Source of the DNA: Chrysomallon squamiferum
Taxonomy: Eukaryota; Animalia; Mollusca
NCBI GenBank assembly: GCA_012295275.1
Contig: CM022679.1
Location: 28,024,001 to 28,088,000, forward strand
Length of the DNA: 64,000 bases
Direction of reading: 5' to 3'
Shown here piece after piece: positions 44,462 through 59,022 of this stretch; the first letter of the stretch is position 1; every line of letters starts with the position of its first letter. The notes under the pieces are model-generated. The model had not been told where the DNA came from and did no database searches. It saw only the letters and a list, made by a program, of their open reading frames with translations. The position numbers were made by a program, and so were the translations under genes.

Positions 44462-44742
44462 GCAGTAACCTGAGTCGAGTGACACTTGCACCACCACACA
44501 GAGCTGTGCAGTAACCTGAGTCGAGCGACACTTGTACCACCACACAGAGCTGTGCAGTAACCTGAGTCGAGCGACACTTGTACCACCACACAGAGCTGTG
44601 CAGTAACCTGAGTCGAGCGACACTTGTACCACCACACAGAGCTGTGCAGTAACCTGAGTCGAGCGACACTTGTACCACCACACAGAGCTGTGCAGTAACC
44701 TGAGTCGAGTGACACTTGTACCACCACACAGAGCTGTGCAGT
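44462..44742. repeat. 46-bp GC-rich minisatellite, 6 near-identical copies
   Basis: Unit GCAGTAACCTGAGTCGAGCGACACTTGTACCACCACACAGAGCTGT at 44462, 44508, 44554, 44600, 44646 and 44692. Confidence 0.97.
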
Positions 44743-44961
44743 GAAAAGAAGAGAAACGTGGAGAGATTGTCAGAGTAATTATCAGTGTCAGGTTAACACT
44801 GACTGAGAATCAATCACGACAAACACACGCATCTCGCTGAGAGGATAAAACGAGAAAATTACCTTCTTCCAGAGAGTCACGAACTTGTCTGAGTAAAATA
44901 ATACCAAAGTGTTTCCAGCCAGATCTTTACATCTCTTTTCTCTGCCTCCGTCTCTCTCTCT

Positions 44962-45002
<41 letters not shown>

Positions 45003-45703
45003 TATATATCTATGTATGTATGTATGTATGTATGTTTCTATGAATGTGTGTGTATATTTGTTTATTCGGTCAATTACAACAGCATGTATGGAAAGTGTTT
45101 CAGGTTGTAGTAATTAACAGAAAGTTTACAGTTGACACAGAAAATATGATTGATTGACTGTCTGTATTTTCTATTTCTGTTGTAATGAACCGTGTGTATG
45201 TAGGTCACACAGAAAGATGTTTCGTGAACGACATACTTACATAAGTTTATATACGTATACGAAACAATGTGTATGTAGGTTTTGATTAATTATAATCGAA
45301 ACAGTGATACTGAAGAAAAAGTCAGTGAAACACAGATAAATAAATACAGAGAACGATAGTAGTATAGATCGACAGAACGATAGACAGACAGACAGATAGA
45401 CAGATAGACAGACAGACAGACAGACAGAGACGGACGGATGGATGGACGGATAGATTAGTATGCAGACGGACATATAGACATATAGATAGATGTATGTTGG
45501 TATGTGGGTGTATGCAATAAATATTCATTCAAATAGACAAGACAGGCAAATTTACACACAGACATAAAACTTAATAATACAGTGAGAAATGAATTTGATT
45601 TTCTTTGATTGTTTGTATTTCCTTCTATACTTAGTTGTTGTTTGTTGTTTGTTTGATTTTTGGGGGTTTGTTCAGGTGTTTTTTGTTGTTGCTGATTTTA
45701 TAT

Positions 45704-45734
<31 letters not shown>

Positions 45735-46134
45735 TTTTGGTTTCTTTATTTTCTTCTAATTCTTTCATTCGTTTTCTCGTCGCGTTATTTCACTAAAATG
45801 CAGAAACAAAATTTGGCAGACTCATCAAAGAGTTTCTAAAATCGTAACAACTAATACAACATCAGTTTCTTTAGAAAACCAGACTCGAGTGTTTGTACAT
45901 TAAACAGAACAGGTAAAAGAAACGTACATTAAACACTCTTACACAAACTTTCATCCATGAATACAAAACTACAAACACTGCAATAAAATGATTAAAATAA
46001 AGTAAATAAGAAATCATCTATTTATAATGAACTAGTCAAAATAACAGTTCTCACAGCTGTACTAAAGACAAGCAATGTATGTTAGTAGAGTGGCAGTCCT
46101 CCTATCAGTACTATTTATAGGTTTAAATATTATG

Positions 46135-46188
<54 letters not shown>

Positions 46189-46809
46189 TTATTTTTTTTT
46201 TATTTTTTTTATTTTTTTTTTTTTTTTTCAGTATTTTGTCAGTAAACTGGGGTATAATGAACACAGTGAAGTGTTATCAAACAGAAGATATAAAAGACAT
46301 TTATACGTTTACAGTTTACGTAAAGAAAGCCAGACCGCGGTGTTTGAACTGGCAAGTAACACATGTTCATCCTTCTGCTTTGATCAGCTACCACACAGAT
46401 TCACAGCTATAAAACAATGAACAACACAAACTGCTCAGTTTAGTAAATACTTAGTCAAAATGTTATTTTTGCTGTCTGTCTGTGTGAGATGCAGAGCCAG
46501 AATATTAAGAAAGAAGAGAGAGAAAGGAGAGGAGAGAGAGAAGAGGACAAAACAAAGACAAAGAAAATGAAAATATTCGGATAGAAAGAAAGATGAATGC
46601 AGAAATGAAGTAGCAGAAAATATTAACTGAAAGTAAGAAGAAATTGGACATTTTGAAAAAAAATAATACTAACTAGTGAAATTAACAAAAGAAATAAAGC
46701 TAATACTAAAACTGTATTTACAAATATGAAGGTTGACATCTATTTCAAACTAAGAACAGCAAACTTGGTAATAACTTGAATATATTTTTTCTGTACATAT
46801 AACACTAAG

Positions 46810-46871
<62 letters not shown>

Positions 46872-48169
46872 ACATACATACACAGACACATTCACACATA
46901 CATATATACACACACAGAGACATACATACATAGATACATACATACATACACAGGCACACACGTACACATACAAAACACCACTAAGTTATTGTACTGACAT
47001 TCACAAAACAAAGATTCTGATTCAGCTAAGCTCAGTGAATACTTCTGTCATGCACTTCATACACAGTTTATACAAACGATATAAATACACGTTAGCAATC
47101 CTCAGCACGTGTTTTATGATAAATGTAGACGTGGACAGTTTTTGGCAACTTTCCAAACAGACACATTTTTCAAACCAGCTTATCGTGGGCCTAGACTTTG
47201 ACTTCCCTGAAATTTGTTTTTATAACTGAACAAGAGATAAACAAAAACTGAACTGCAAAACGAAATCACTAAAGCCATATTTAATAAACAATTAAGTCCA
47301 CTCTCAGTTTAAAGTTATCGTCTTAACGAGTCTGAGAAGATAATTTAAAATGTTGAAGCATACAAAATAGTATCTGTATCTGAAAACGAAACAATCGAAA
47401 CCAGCTTTAATGTTTTAAATATACACATACTACATATATGCATATATACATATATACATACATACGTACATACAAACATACATACGTACATACATACATA
47501 AATACATACATGCTTACATATATATATATATACACACACACACTCATATATATATACATATACACTTTGACACATACACACAAACACACACACATACATA
47601 CACGCACGCACGCACACACACAGACTTTCGAAGAGAGATATAATTAGTTATGAAGGGAAGGGATTAACTACAAATTACTATTATACAAGAAAGGTCCTTG
47701 CCACCTGCTTGTGTCTATTAAATTCGCCACTGAAATAGTTGCACTAAGCGTGTACATCTGGAAGTTATCAAAACATGACAGTCTAACTGAGGAATTTAAT
47801 AAGAAAGCAGACATTTCAGTGACAAATATAGAAAGATGAATTACGTTTCTGTAGCCGATGATTGCACTGAAAATAACTGATTCTGCCTGCCGAGATATTT
47901 CTGGACAAAAGGTTTATTATTAATTTGTAAATCTCGTGAAGAAGCTTTTGTTTCCGAGAAAGAATACAAAAAATTACAGATAACGAGAAAAATACAAAGA
48001 AAGATAAATACGAATAAAACCGAAAGAAAGAAATTTCGACTGTTTTAGTAGAAAAAAAGAAAGAAAGAAGAAAGAAAGACAGTGTGATGAAAAAAAATGA
48101 GAGGAAAATAGAAGTTACCCAGTCAGTTATGTAATAATATATAATTTAATTTATATTTAATTTTCTAAA

Positions 48170-48212
<43 letters not shown>

Positions 48213-48913
48213 GCATTTTGTTCTGTTTATTTTTTGGCAGCATGGCATAATACCTTATTATTTTACACAAAATTCATTGTAAAAGAAAAAAGTATTTCAT
48301 AGTCATGAAGAAAACTGCCATCTTTTTTAAATCAATTCTCAGATTGTTTTGTTGTTAACACGCACGAGATGCATTGTTTATCCTGGATCTGTGTCGTGTC
48401 CAGCCTCTGACAGTAACATGTCGCAGTTTCATCAACTCTCAGTTCAAACAACGTCACATCCTGCACACGTAACAATACCTGTTCACAAACGTTTCATTAC
48501 CTGTCACCTGTGTTTGTTTTATCAGGTACGTAAACACGTATATTAAAAAATAACAATAGACCGCCAGTAAATAAAAATATGTATATTAAAAATAGGATAT
48601 TACAGGATATAACAATAAAATGCTGGGGGCTTTGGTATGAAATTAAATTTTAATATTAAAAGTTTGTCTATTAATTTTCCCATAAAAATAAATAATGAAG
48701 TAACAAAGTGTTGATTTTTATTTTTAATATTATTACTGTTGTTGTAGTTTTATTTAGTGGATCTGTCGTGTACATAAAATGTGTGTCACTATAGTGCTAA
48801 GTTAAAACCAAACTGTTTCTAAATAAATACAGAGTGACATCTAGTGTTGTTTCTGATACAAAATATTAAGTATGATTACGACACTGATTTTTTATAGAAC
48901 TTTATATTAACAT

Positions 48914-48972
48914 TACCCCTACCCCTATCTCTAAACCAAACCCTAATCATAATCCTCACCCAAACCCTACCC
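48914..48972. repeat. Degenerate (CCCTAA)-like tract
   Basis: TACCCCTACCCCTATCTCTAAACCAAACCCTAATCATAATCCTCACCCAAACCCTACCC. Confidence 0.5.
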
Positions 48973-51087
48973 GGTTCATAGAGAATGCTTTTCACAGGAA
49001 TATTTCCAGTCCTACATACTATTCAGTGTATGACGTGTATACAAACATTTCTGAGATTTAATCTACATTACTGTTTTATATTTATCTTTCAGTAGAGGCT
49101 AATAAGTAAGAAATGCCTAAACAGAACAAAATTTCTTTTTTTTTCCCCTTTAAACCATATTAGTTTTGCGCACAACGGGACGTGGTTTTTCAGTCTTTTA
49201 TTCTTAATTTAATTATCACAGTTTTTACTTTTCACAATTGTTTCGTTTTGTCAGAGAGAAAAGTAAACAAGCGAGGCAGATGAAGAGGAAGGGCAGGTCT
49301 AGCCTGGGATTGGTTTTCATGTAATAACAGCGAGTCACGCAGGCTGAGACAACATACAAGAATGAAGTAATTACACAAACAAGGGCCGCGTTTCTTACCA
49401 TCCCGTAAAGATTATTACAGAGCATTTATCTCAACAGTTCCACACATTAAAAACAGGAAACGTACCTCGTGTACCTCCCCACCTGTTGTCATGTAAACAG
49501 TCCTAGAATAAATAAAACCAAATAATAAAAAAAGAAATGAACAGATAAATAAAGAAAGAGAGAAAATCAAATATAGGTAGGCAGAAATGCAATTAATGTG
49601 ACTAAAGAACGTAAATCATATAAAAACACATACATACATATATACATACACACACATTCGTATATACATACATACATACATACATATATGTATACATACA
49701 TACATATATACACGTATACATACATACATATATACACACAAACATACATACATACATACATATACACACACATACATACATACACACATACATACATACA
49801 TACATACATACACACATACATACATACATACACATACATACATACATACACAAATACATACACATACATACATACACACATACACAAAGAAATCTGACAT
49901 AAACAAAGATAATTTGTGATAATCAGTTCAGTTCAGTAACTGAGGGTGACACTGACTGTGTAAGTGATTTTCACGTAACAGTTAATACAAAACTCAATCA
50001 GTTACGTTTGTTTAATAGACACAGGCTGTGGCTTAGTGGAAGCAAATGTTTTGTATTTCTAACAAATTCTTTACAGGTGTGCTATACCTTTAGCACACGA
50101 AAGCATTTACCTGTGATTTGTTATTTTGTTGTTGTTTTGTTTGTTTATTTGTTGTTTATTTATTTGTTCGTTTTGGGAGGATTTTTTCTTTTTTTCTTTA
50201 TTTTATTTTATTTTATTTGTTTATTTATTTATTTATTTATTTATTTATTTTTTGTCCTAGGGTTTTGTTTGCTTTTTAAAAAGTTCCTTAATTATTACAA
50301 AATAATAAGTAATTATACAAATACCAGTACTTTTAAATCTATTCGTATTTTCGGATTTTAATAACTATCTTGATTATATTTGTACTTTGTGATCTATTAT
50401 TTTTGTTATTTATTTTTACTTTTTGTTTGTTATTATAATTATTTAATACCTTTATTTATTTATTTATTTATTTTGGATTAAATTACTTATGTTTTTCTTT
50501 AAAAAAAAATTCATTTGTTTGCTGGTTGTTGTTTGTTTTTATTTGTTTGTTCGTTTGTTTTGTTTTTCGTTTTTATTATTATTGTTGGTTGTTTCTGTTT
50601 CTTCTTCTTTATTCTCATTATCACAAACATCTCGAAATCTAGAAAACTAGAAATATATATATAAAACAATGTGTCTGACGTCAACGTGACGTGGATCTTA
50701 CGTCATAATGTACTAGAAATAAAACCACTTACCTAAACTCTTAGTTACGGAAACAAAACCCTTCAATTTACGTGTTTTAGTGAAAGCAAAGTATGAAGTG
50801 TTGAAACGAACATACTTCATTCTAGTGATCAGTTACCGTTCTTTGAAACACAAACTGCTTAAAACAAATGAATACAGACACACTGTTAACTTATAATAGA
50901 AAAAGAAATATGTATATACAGTTGTTTAAATATTCGTTTTCTTATTATATTTCTAAGTTACTGAGTTCCAGAAAGAAAACTGAAGATATTTCAATGTTAT
51001 ATTTTAATCTGTCGCTCTATAACGTCCAAAATAATCTCGAAGCGAAAAGGTACGTTTTTCTCACAGAAATGAGTTTCAACAACAACC

Positions 51088-51342
51088 ATGTTTTACACTT
51101 GTTATTTGCATCTGTACTAAGCTTTTCATTATCTAAATATGTTTATCACTTGTTATTTGCATCTGTACTAAGCTTTTCATTATCTAAATATGTTTTACAT
51201 TTGTTATTTGCATCTGTACTAAGCTTTTCATTATCTAAATATGTTTTACACTTGTTATTTGCATCTGTACTAAGCTTTTCATTATCTAAATCTGCTTTAC
51301 ACTTGTTATTTATCTGCACTAAGCGTTTCTTTATCTAAATAG
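51088..51342. repeat. 51-bp minisatellite, 5 copies
   Basis: Unit ATGTTTTACACTTGTTATTTGCATCTGTACTAAGCTTTTCATTATCTAAAT. Confidence 0.95.
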
Positions 51343-51394
51343 TTTTCTCACTGGTGTCAAGGATTTACGTATTTTTTACGTACTTAATACAAGT

Positions 51395-51922
51395 GATCTA
51401 CAACAACAGTGCTGTCATTCAAATAAAATTAAAAAAATAACTAGGAGTATGACAAGAATAAGAAATGTACAGGATGAGGATAATGTTGCGTCAGAGGGAT
51501 GTCACATGATGTTCGAGGGATATCACGAGATGTCAGAGGGATGTCACGTGATGTCAGAAGGATGTCACGTGATGTCAGATCTACAACAACAGTGCTGTCA
51601 TACAAATAAAATTAGAAAAATAACTAGGAGTATGAGGGATATCACGAGATGTCAGAGGGATGTCACGTGATGTCAGAGGGATGTCACGTGATGTCAGAAG
51701 GATGTCACATGATGTCAGATCTACAACAACAGTGCTGTCATACAAATAAAATTAGAAAAATAACTAGGAGTATGACAAGAATAAGAAATGTACAGGATGA
51801 GGATAATGTTGCGTCAGAGGGATGTCACATGATGTTCGAGGGATATCACGAGATGTCAGAGGGATGTCACGTGATGTCAGAAGGATAGCACGTGATGTCA
51901 GAGGGATGTCACATGACGTCAT
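51395..51922. repeat. Nested repeat: ~58-bp block x3 (51395, 51578, 51718) interleaved with 21-bp GATGTCAGAGGGATGTCACGT units
   Basis: Seen directly; the middle macro-unit lacks the CAAGAATAAG...GTTCGA segment. Confidence 0.93.
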
Positions 51923-52518
51923 CTCAACAGGAACAGCTGTTAGCGATTAGCTACAACGATTATTTTGATTTTTTTTAAGAATATGAATCTTGAAAGAGCA
52001 TTTAGAATCAGTTAATTAATTACCATTGCATTGTAAAAGGCGATATTTTTTATCTTTGTCCTGACTGAATAATTAAATCGCTTACAACCATTTTTCATTT
52101 TTTTTTAAACCTGTACAAATCAGTTCAGTTAATTTCCATTGCATTCAAACGCACATTTTTATTTTCATTTCAATAATTAAATAATTTTAGTTACACTGTT
52201 TATTTTCAAAATCAGTTCCGTTAATTCTCCTTGCGCCAAAACATTTGGTTTTTTATCTAAATATTTTAATAATTTTAATAAAGCCATTTCAGGCGATTTA
52301 AATCATTTAAACTAATTTACGTGTGTTTTGAAGCTGAACTATTTTTGATCAAACTGCTTTCGGTTGTACATGTGGACAAAACTGTGTTTACAGCTGTGTC
52401 AGAGTAATTTGACAAACTGTGAGACATGAAATAACAAGTGTTACCTGTTAAAACAGCCTCTCATTCCACGTTTTAATGTTGATCACGTAAAGTTTCATAC
52501 TGTCCAGATCTTGTGTTA

Positions 52519-52567
<49 letters not shown>

Positions 52568-53386
52568 TGATATGTGAAGAGAAGTTATTTACAAAAAACA
52601 AACTGATACACAAAACATACCTCGCAGTCTACAACTTAGATACGCGGCTGCGTAAACACAAATATAAACTCGATATACGCTTCACGACACAAAACAATTA
52701 CACAGGAAAACATAAACACAAAACGTGAAGACCTCCTCCACATCAAGATTACATCTCCCACATTTCACGCTACAAGCACAGTAACTGTCACTAATCAAAA
52801 CATGCGTCTAGAAAAACTGTCCTGTCTTTTCTCTGACAATCAATGTTCACCAATATAAACACGTTTTTCATAACTGTAAACGCGTTAAGCTTGCGTGTCA
52901 CTTAGCAACAGAGATCACCATCTCGTCTGCTTTCTTTTTTAATCAGAACAACACAATCACACGACGTGAAATAAAAACTGTTGATCAACAGAGAAAGTGC
53001 ACGGATCAATGAAAACGAAATGAAGCAGAAAAAACAGTTTGTGTCTTAGCACATTTTAATAAAAATACAACGTTGTGCTACTCAGTGTACACGTGTATGT
53101 GTGTAACGTGCATTTATTTTGTGTCCGTATGTAAGTCTATAATATGTTTATGTGTCTGTGTCTGTGAATATGTGTAGTGTGTATGTCTGTATATGTTTCC
53201 ATGTATATATGTATATATGACAGTGGGATAATATGTATGTTTGTATGTATGTATGTATGTATGTATGTATGTATGTATGTATGTATGTATGTGTGTGTGT
53301 GTGTGTGTATATGTGTGTTTGTATGAATGTAGGATTTTTATGTATGTATTATGCATGTATTATGTATATATGTATGTGTGTATGTG

Positions 53387-53455
<69 letters not shown>

Positions 53456-54048
53456 ATACGTGTATGTTTACATGGTGTGTGAGCGAGCATACTTATGTGT
53501 GTCTGTGTGGGCTTTTAAGAATCTATAAACTTAAAGGTTTTTCAGTTTGGGATGTTTGTGAGAAATGTTTCATATAATCGCACACAGAGATAAAACGAGA
53601 ACCGTTTACCAGTTTACTTACTACAAACCGAGTGAACCAGAAACTAAGTCAATTATCTAGAACGGAACTAATTATCCAGATAACGATATAGAACGGAGAT
53701 AATTATTGTCTCGACAAATATTTTCTTTTTCGCTGATCTTGCTTTCCGGTCATCGAGACCAACTGTATCTAGGTTAAAACGGAACAGAGACTCGAACCAG
53801 ATTTGTGATCCCACGCCGACTATGATGGGTTTTGAGCATCAATAATTACATTTTGCATGGCTCTAAAAAAAAACAGTGAGTATGTGTGGCAGTCATACAG
53901 TGCTGTGTCAGTGTTACAGAACTGACGACTTCTCCCCGTGATGTTAATCACAATTGTCAGACTGGTATTACTACTCACTACAAATACTTAACCTTCTGGC
54001 ATTTTCACAAAGATATCCCATTTACCATTTCTGTTTAGATAATCTCTC

Positions 54049-54196
<148 letters not shown>

Positions 54197-54926
54197 GTAT
54201 ATGTGTGTATACGAATTAGCAATGCAGTCCAATAAGACACACAAACACATATATATATACATATACACATACACACCCACACATATATATACATATACAG
54301 ATACACACAGATACTTGTATACATATAAATATACACATACACACAGACGCACACATTCAGACTCAAATATCATACTGTTTAAGGACTGCTTTGCTAATTT
54401 AAAACAGTTTGTTCGTTTTCAAATTGTTTTTATCAGCCGTTCTGTTTCTTTTAACAAGAACACATTTCTCTTGATTTACCTGAGCCACCCAAGAAACTGC
54501 CAATTAAACATGACGAAAATCTGCGTCTCTCGACTCACACAGAGAAAAAAGAGCAGAAACTGAGAAGAAAGACAGAAACGTAAAAAGAATGTACGCGATT
54601 TTCCAACAAGTTATGTAATAACATTTGTTGACGTCACTATCAATATTGCTATGGCAACAATGGCACTTGATTCGGAAAACTTGAAAAGTAATCATCTTAT
54701 TCTCTTTGTAATTTTTTACAGCGAGGGGTCTTTAATCTTGAAGTACATAATTAACTAACTGACTGTGATATCTGTTCTACAGGCGCTGTAAAGCAGGTGA
54801 TAAAATATATCTGACAAAATCACTTAAACATGTTCTAAAACACAAACTTTTGAATACACTTTTTATTAAATATGACTTTCTTTTCTTCTGTGTTTATCTC
54901 TCTGTGTGTCTGTTGGTATATCTGTC

Positions 54927-54960
<34 letters not shown>

Positions 54961-56937
54961 TATTAAGAAGAAAAAGTAATAATAATAATAAGAAGAAGAA
55001 GAAGAAGAAGAAGAAATATTCTGTCAGTTAATATCGGAGATCAGTAAATATAAAATTAAGGATAAAATGAAATGAGGTTAGCTATTATTAACAATTAAAA
55101 ACAGCACACTTTACTGATAAACGCAGGTCTTACAGCAAATTTTGAAAATCATTGAGACCGGAACAGATGTGATTATGGATTAAGAAACATGCTCAATAAC
55201 AGCGCATCACATGGCGTGCGAGCCGAAATCAACACTGAATACATCGACGAACCGCGATGAACCCGGGAGATCCCTTGTGTTCTCGTTTTGTTCAACATAT
55301 ATCAAGAAAATAATTATTTCATTTCGAGTTTTATCCTCGTCCCTGATTCTAATAATAGTCTGGAAAACAGAGTGTATCAGTCAAGTGCGGCTGCAGTTTC
55401 TATAGCGAAAATGAGTGTTTTGACGTATGTGACTTAATATGTGGTGATAACATGGTTAATGACTGCTGTGACGTAATAAAGAGACAGAAACTGCATATAT
55501 GTTCAGTAATCATTTATCTGTTGTTAGTATCATAATTTGTTTTCGTTTATTAGGGTCTTTTTTATTTTACTTATTTTTTATTTTTTTATTTTTTTATTTT
55601 TTATTTTTTTATTTTTTGGTGGTTTTTAAATTATTAATAGTTTTTTTAATAGTTTTAATTTTTACTTATTTTATTTATTTATTCATTTATGTATTCATTT
55701 ATTTATAATTTTATGAAGATAATTAATGACCAGCAACCTTTTTTATTATTATTATTAATTCGTACATTCGTAATTTTTCGTGAATATTCGTAATTGATCG
55801 TATTTGCCCGTTACCCATCTTGCACGTCTGTGATTGATCGCACCTCCAAAGTAACAGCCATCGGAAGCGAGCTAATTAATTTCGGCAAGTTACTAATATT
55901 ATTGTTGTACTGTGTTTATCAGTGACAGAGAGGAACGTTGATGAGATTTTTGTTTGTCAGAAAGATCACTGGCTATTCATCACCTCGCACTGCTAACATT
56001 GTTCGGATCAACTCGTACATTATCGGCTCAAGTCGTACATCATCGGCTGTTAATAAGGTGTCAAAGAACGTGTCTTTCTCCCGAATTAACGTCACTTTGT
56101 TTTTGTTTGAGTTTTTTTTTTTTTAAATAACATCATTAGAACATCGATTGATTTTCTGTTGTCTGGTACTGCATTAAAACATTTATTTAATGACATCACA
56201 AGAGTATGTTTGTTCATTTTCTAATGTTGAACGTAAAATATTATTTGTAATGACGTTATATTCGGATATATTAAGTTCCTGCTGAATAAGAAATCATTTG
56301 TTGAGTAATATCGACCATCGACAACATTTCTCTGATTTTCACGGAACTTTCTTTCAGTACTCAGTGAATGTTAGAAAACTGTTTAAACACAAGACCAGCC
56401 TGGACATACAGCTGTCAGAAATCATTTCGTTTTCTCTTGGCATCAAGAGATGTCTTTAAACACAGCTCCAGTAGGACAACAGCAGCCGCTGGAACGCTAA
56501 CAATTTAAATGGAGCACAAAGAAGAAAGATAACATCCTGCAGTCAGTAAGTTACAGTGTTAAATAAAGATATGTTATATTTGTTACAACTATCCAAGCAT
56601 TTTTTGTTTTTTTTTGTTTTACACTACTCTCTTTTCAATACAAAGCAATAAACACATTGTAATGTTTCTCTTTTGTTTTAATATTTAAGTCTGTTTAAAG
56701 ACACCACTGACTAAAACAGTCCTCAGCGCCTGATACGTCGTAGGATCGGTCCTGGAAAGGTGACCATTAATTTATTACACATTTACCAAAAGTGTCCCTC
56801 TCGTTGGAATTAGATGTATAACTGCTAAAAAGTAGTTTATGGTAAGAGTATATTCATAAAGAGCAGAATTCCTTTACTGTTATTACATAGGACATTAATT
56901 TGTTCCTGTATTTTATTTTTGTTTCATTTTATTTATT

Positions 56938-56974
<37 letters not shown>

Positions 56975-57236
56975 CCAAAAAATAGGTACCGTTAGCGCAT
57001 TACAGAATTTGAGTAACGGGGCTGCACACCAAAGGTTGTTAGCATTTTAACATCATCGTTACGTCAGCTTAGTAAAATATCAGCACACAGCCATTAATAC
57101 GTCGTAGCTGTTACAATCAGCACTAAGTAGACTGTGTTTTTACAAGATGCAGCACTTCAAAGCACTCACTCTTGAATGTTAAATTTAGTGCCAGATAAAT
57201 TACGTTACATTAATAACATCAAAAATGAATGTTAAA

Positions 57237-57730
57237 CTTAAATCAACAGAAATGTACATTATATTTAAATCAACAGAAATGTACATTACATTTAAATCAT
57301 CAGAAATGTACATTATATTTAAATCAACAGAAATAAGGGGTAACATTTAGAAACATGATAATGTACGTTCATTTAAAACTCTGGAAATGTATTTTATATT
57401 TAGAACCAAAGAATTATACGCTACATGTAGAAAAGTACGTTATTTTTTTATTTTTTTATTTTTTTATTTTTTGAAGCAATGAAACGTGCATTGAATTACA
57501 ATTAGTAGAAATTATATTACGTTTAGAACTATAGAACTATACGTTACAACAGAAGTGTACGTTACGTTTAAAACAGCAGAAATATACGTTACATTAAAAA
57601 TAGAAATATACTTTATATTGAGAACCCTAGAAATATACTTTATATTTAGAACCCTAGAAATATACATTATATTTAGAACCCTAGAAATACACATTATATT
57701 TAGAACCACAGAGATGTACGTTACATGAAG
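57237..57730. repeat. Degenerate 27-bp satellite interrupted by a T-rich tract
   Basis: TTAAATCAACAGAAATGTACATTATAT grading into TTAGAACCCTAGAAATATACATTATAT. Confidence 0.8.
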
Positions 57731-58187
57731 GACCACACAAAATGACACTCACATTGTTAAATTCATCATTTATTTCGGATGCTGATAGTGAAAGACAAAA
57801 GGATATTTTTTACTTTGAAATGATCCCCACAATCGCCACTGTGGAAAATGTACGTGAAGAAAAAAAATGCCCTGAACGCAAATGACAGAAATAGCGGGCG
57901 TTCTTCAGTGTACTGGTAGACAGGTACATACTGACACAAAAAGAAAAACGTTTCTCCACTTAATAAACACTTTTACTAAGTGATGCTTAAAGAGGAAGAA
58001 TTTGCAGATCTTCTCTTGACCTTCATGTGTGCTGTGAGGTCAGCATGAGAAACATAGTGTAAATATAATCACTAAGATATCAATCATTGCATTTGTTAAA
58101 AATAAATAAAGTTAGTAATATCAACATATCAACATCAGCAAGAAGAAGAAGAAGAAAAACAAGACTAAGAAGAAAAAGAACAATACT

Positions 58188-58606
58188 AGAACTGTACTAG
58201 TAATAACTACTGTAATTAAGAGTACTAGTAACAGTAAATAATTCAAACTGTACTAGTAATAACTACTGTAATTGAGTAATAGTAACAGTAACAGTAAAGA
58301 ATTCAAACTGTACTCGTAATAACTACATTGTAATTACGAGTACTAGTAACAGTAACAGTGAAGAATTCAAACTGTACTAGTAATACCTACTGTAATTAAG
58401 ACTAATAGTAACAGTAACAGTAAAGAATTCAAACTGTACTAGTAATATCTACTGTAATTAAGACTAATAGTAACAGTAACAGTAAAGAATTCAAACTGTA
58501 CTCGTAATAACTACATTGTAATTACGAGTACTAGTAACAGTAACAGTGAAGAATTCAAACTGTACTAGTAATATCTACTGTAATTAAGACTAATAGTAAC
58601 AGTAAA
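58188..58606. repeat. 60-64-bp minisatellite, about 7 copies
   Basis: ATTCAAACTGTACT.GTAAT recurs at 58241, 58301, 58365, 58427, 58489 and 58553. Confidence 0.93.
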
Positions 58607-58986
58607 GCAACACAGAAAGGAATGCGGTCTCGCTGTGATAGTAATATTGTTTCTAGTCTTCAGAATCCAATTTAACGCACTGACAACTAGCAGAGATTTT
58701 TCTTTCACGTTAAACATTTTAGATTTTTCTATAAACATACCGAGATGTGTGGCTGCCTATTTGTTATGCCTGTTTTCATATCTCTCGCTTTCTGTATCTA
58801 TCTTTATATGACTAGCTGTCTGTCTGTCTATCTATCTATCTGTCTGTCTGTAATTCTGTCTATCTTTGTTTCTTTCTATACATATGTTTATATATTTATG
58901 CTTGTAGCCTTTCTGTTTATATATAATTTATTTCCGTATATCAGTCTCTTTATGTATCTATCTGTCTATCTTTATATATACATATA

Positions 58987-59022
<36 letters not shown>

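Noticed and set aside
44408-44742. Repeat-protein ORFs or CRISPR array in the 46-bp repeat
   Set aside because: Head-to-tail identical units with no spacers; the unit length is not a multiple of 3, so the ORFs simply cycle through frames.
48914-48972. Interstitial telomere or chromosome fusion site
   Set aside because: Only about 60 bp and highly degenerate; such tracts also occur in dispersed repeats.
50868-51338. 156-aa ORF with 17-aa repeats
   Set aside because: Translation of the 51-bp minisatellite.
51449-51888. SEGCHVM-repeat ORFs as a neuropeptide precursor or metal-binding peptide
   Set aside because: No signal peptide, no dibasic or Gly-amidation sites, frame breaks between macro-units and no splice support. 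Explained by the 21-bp DNA repeat.
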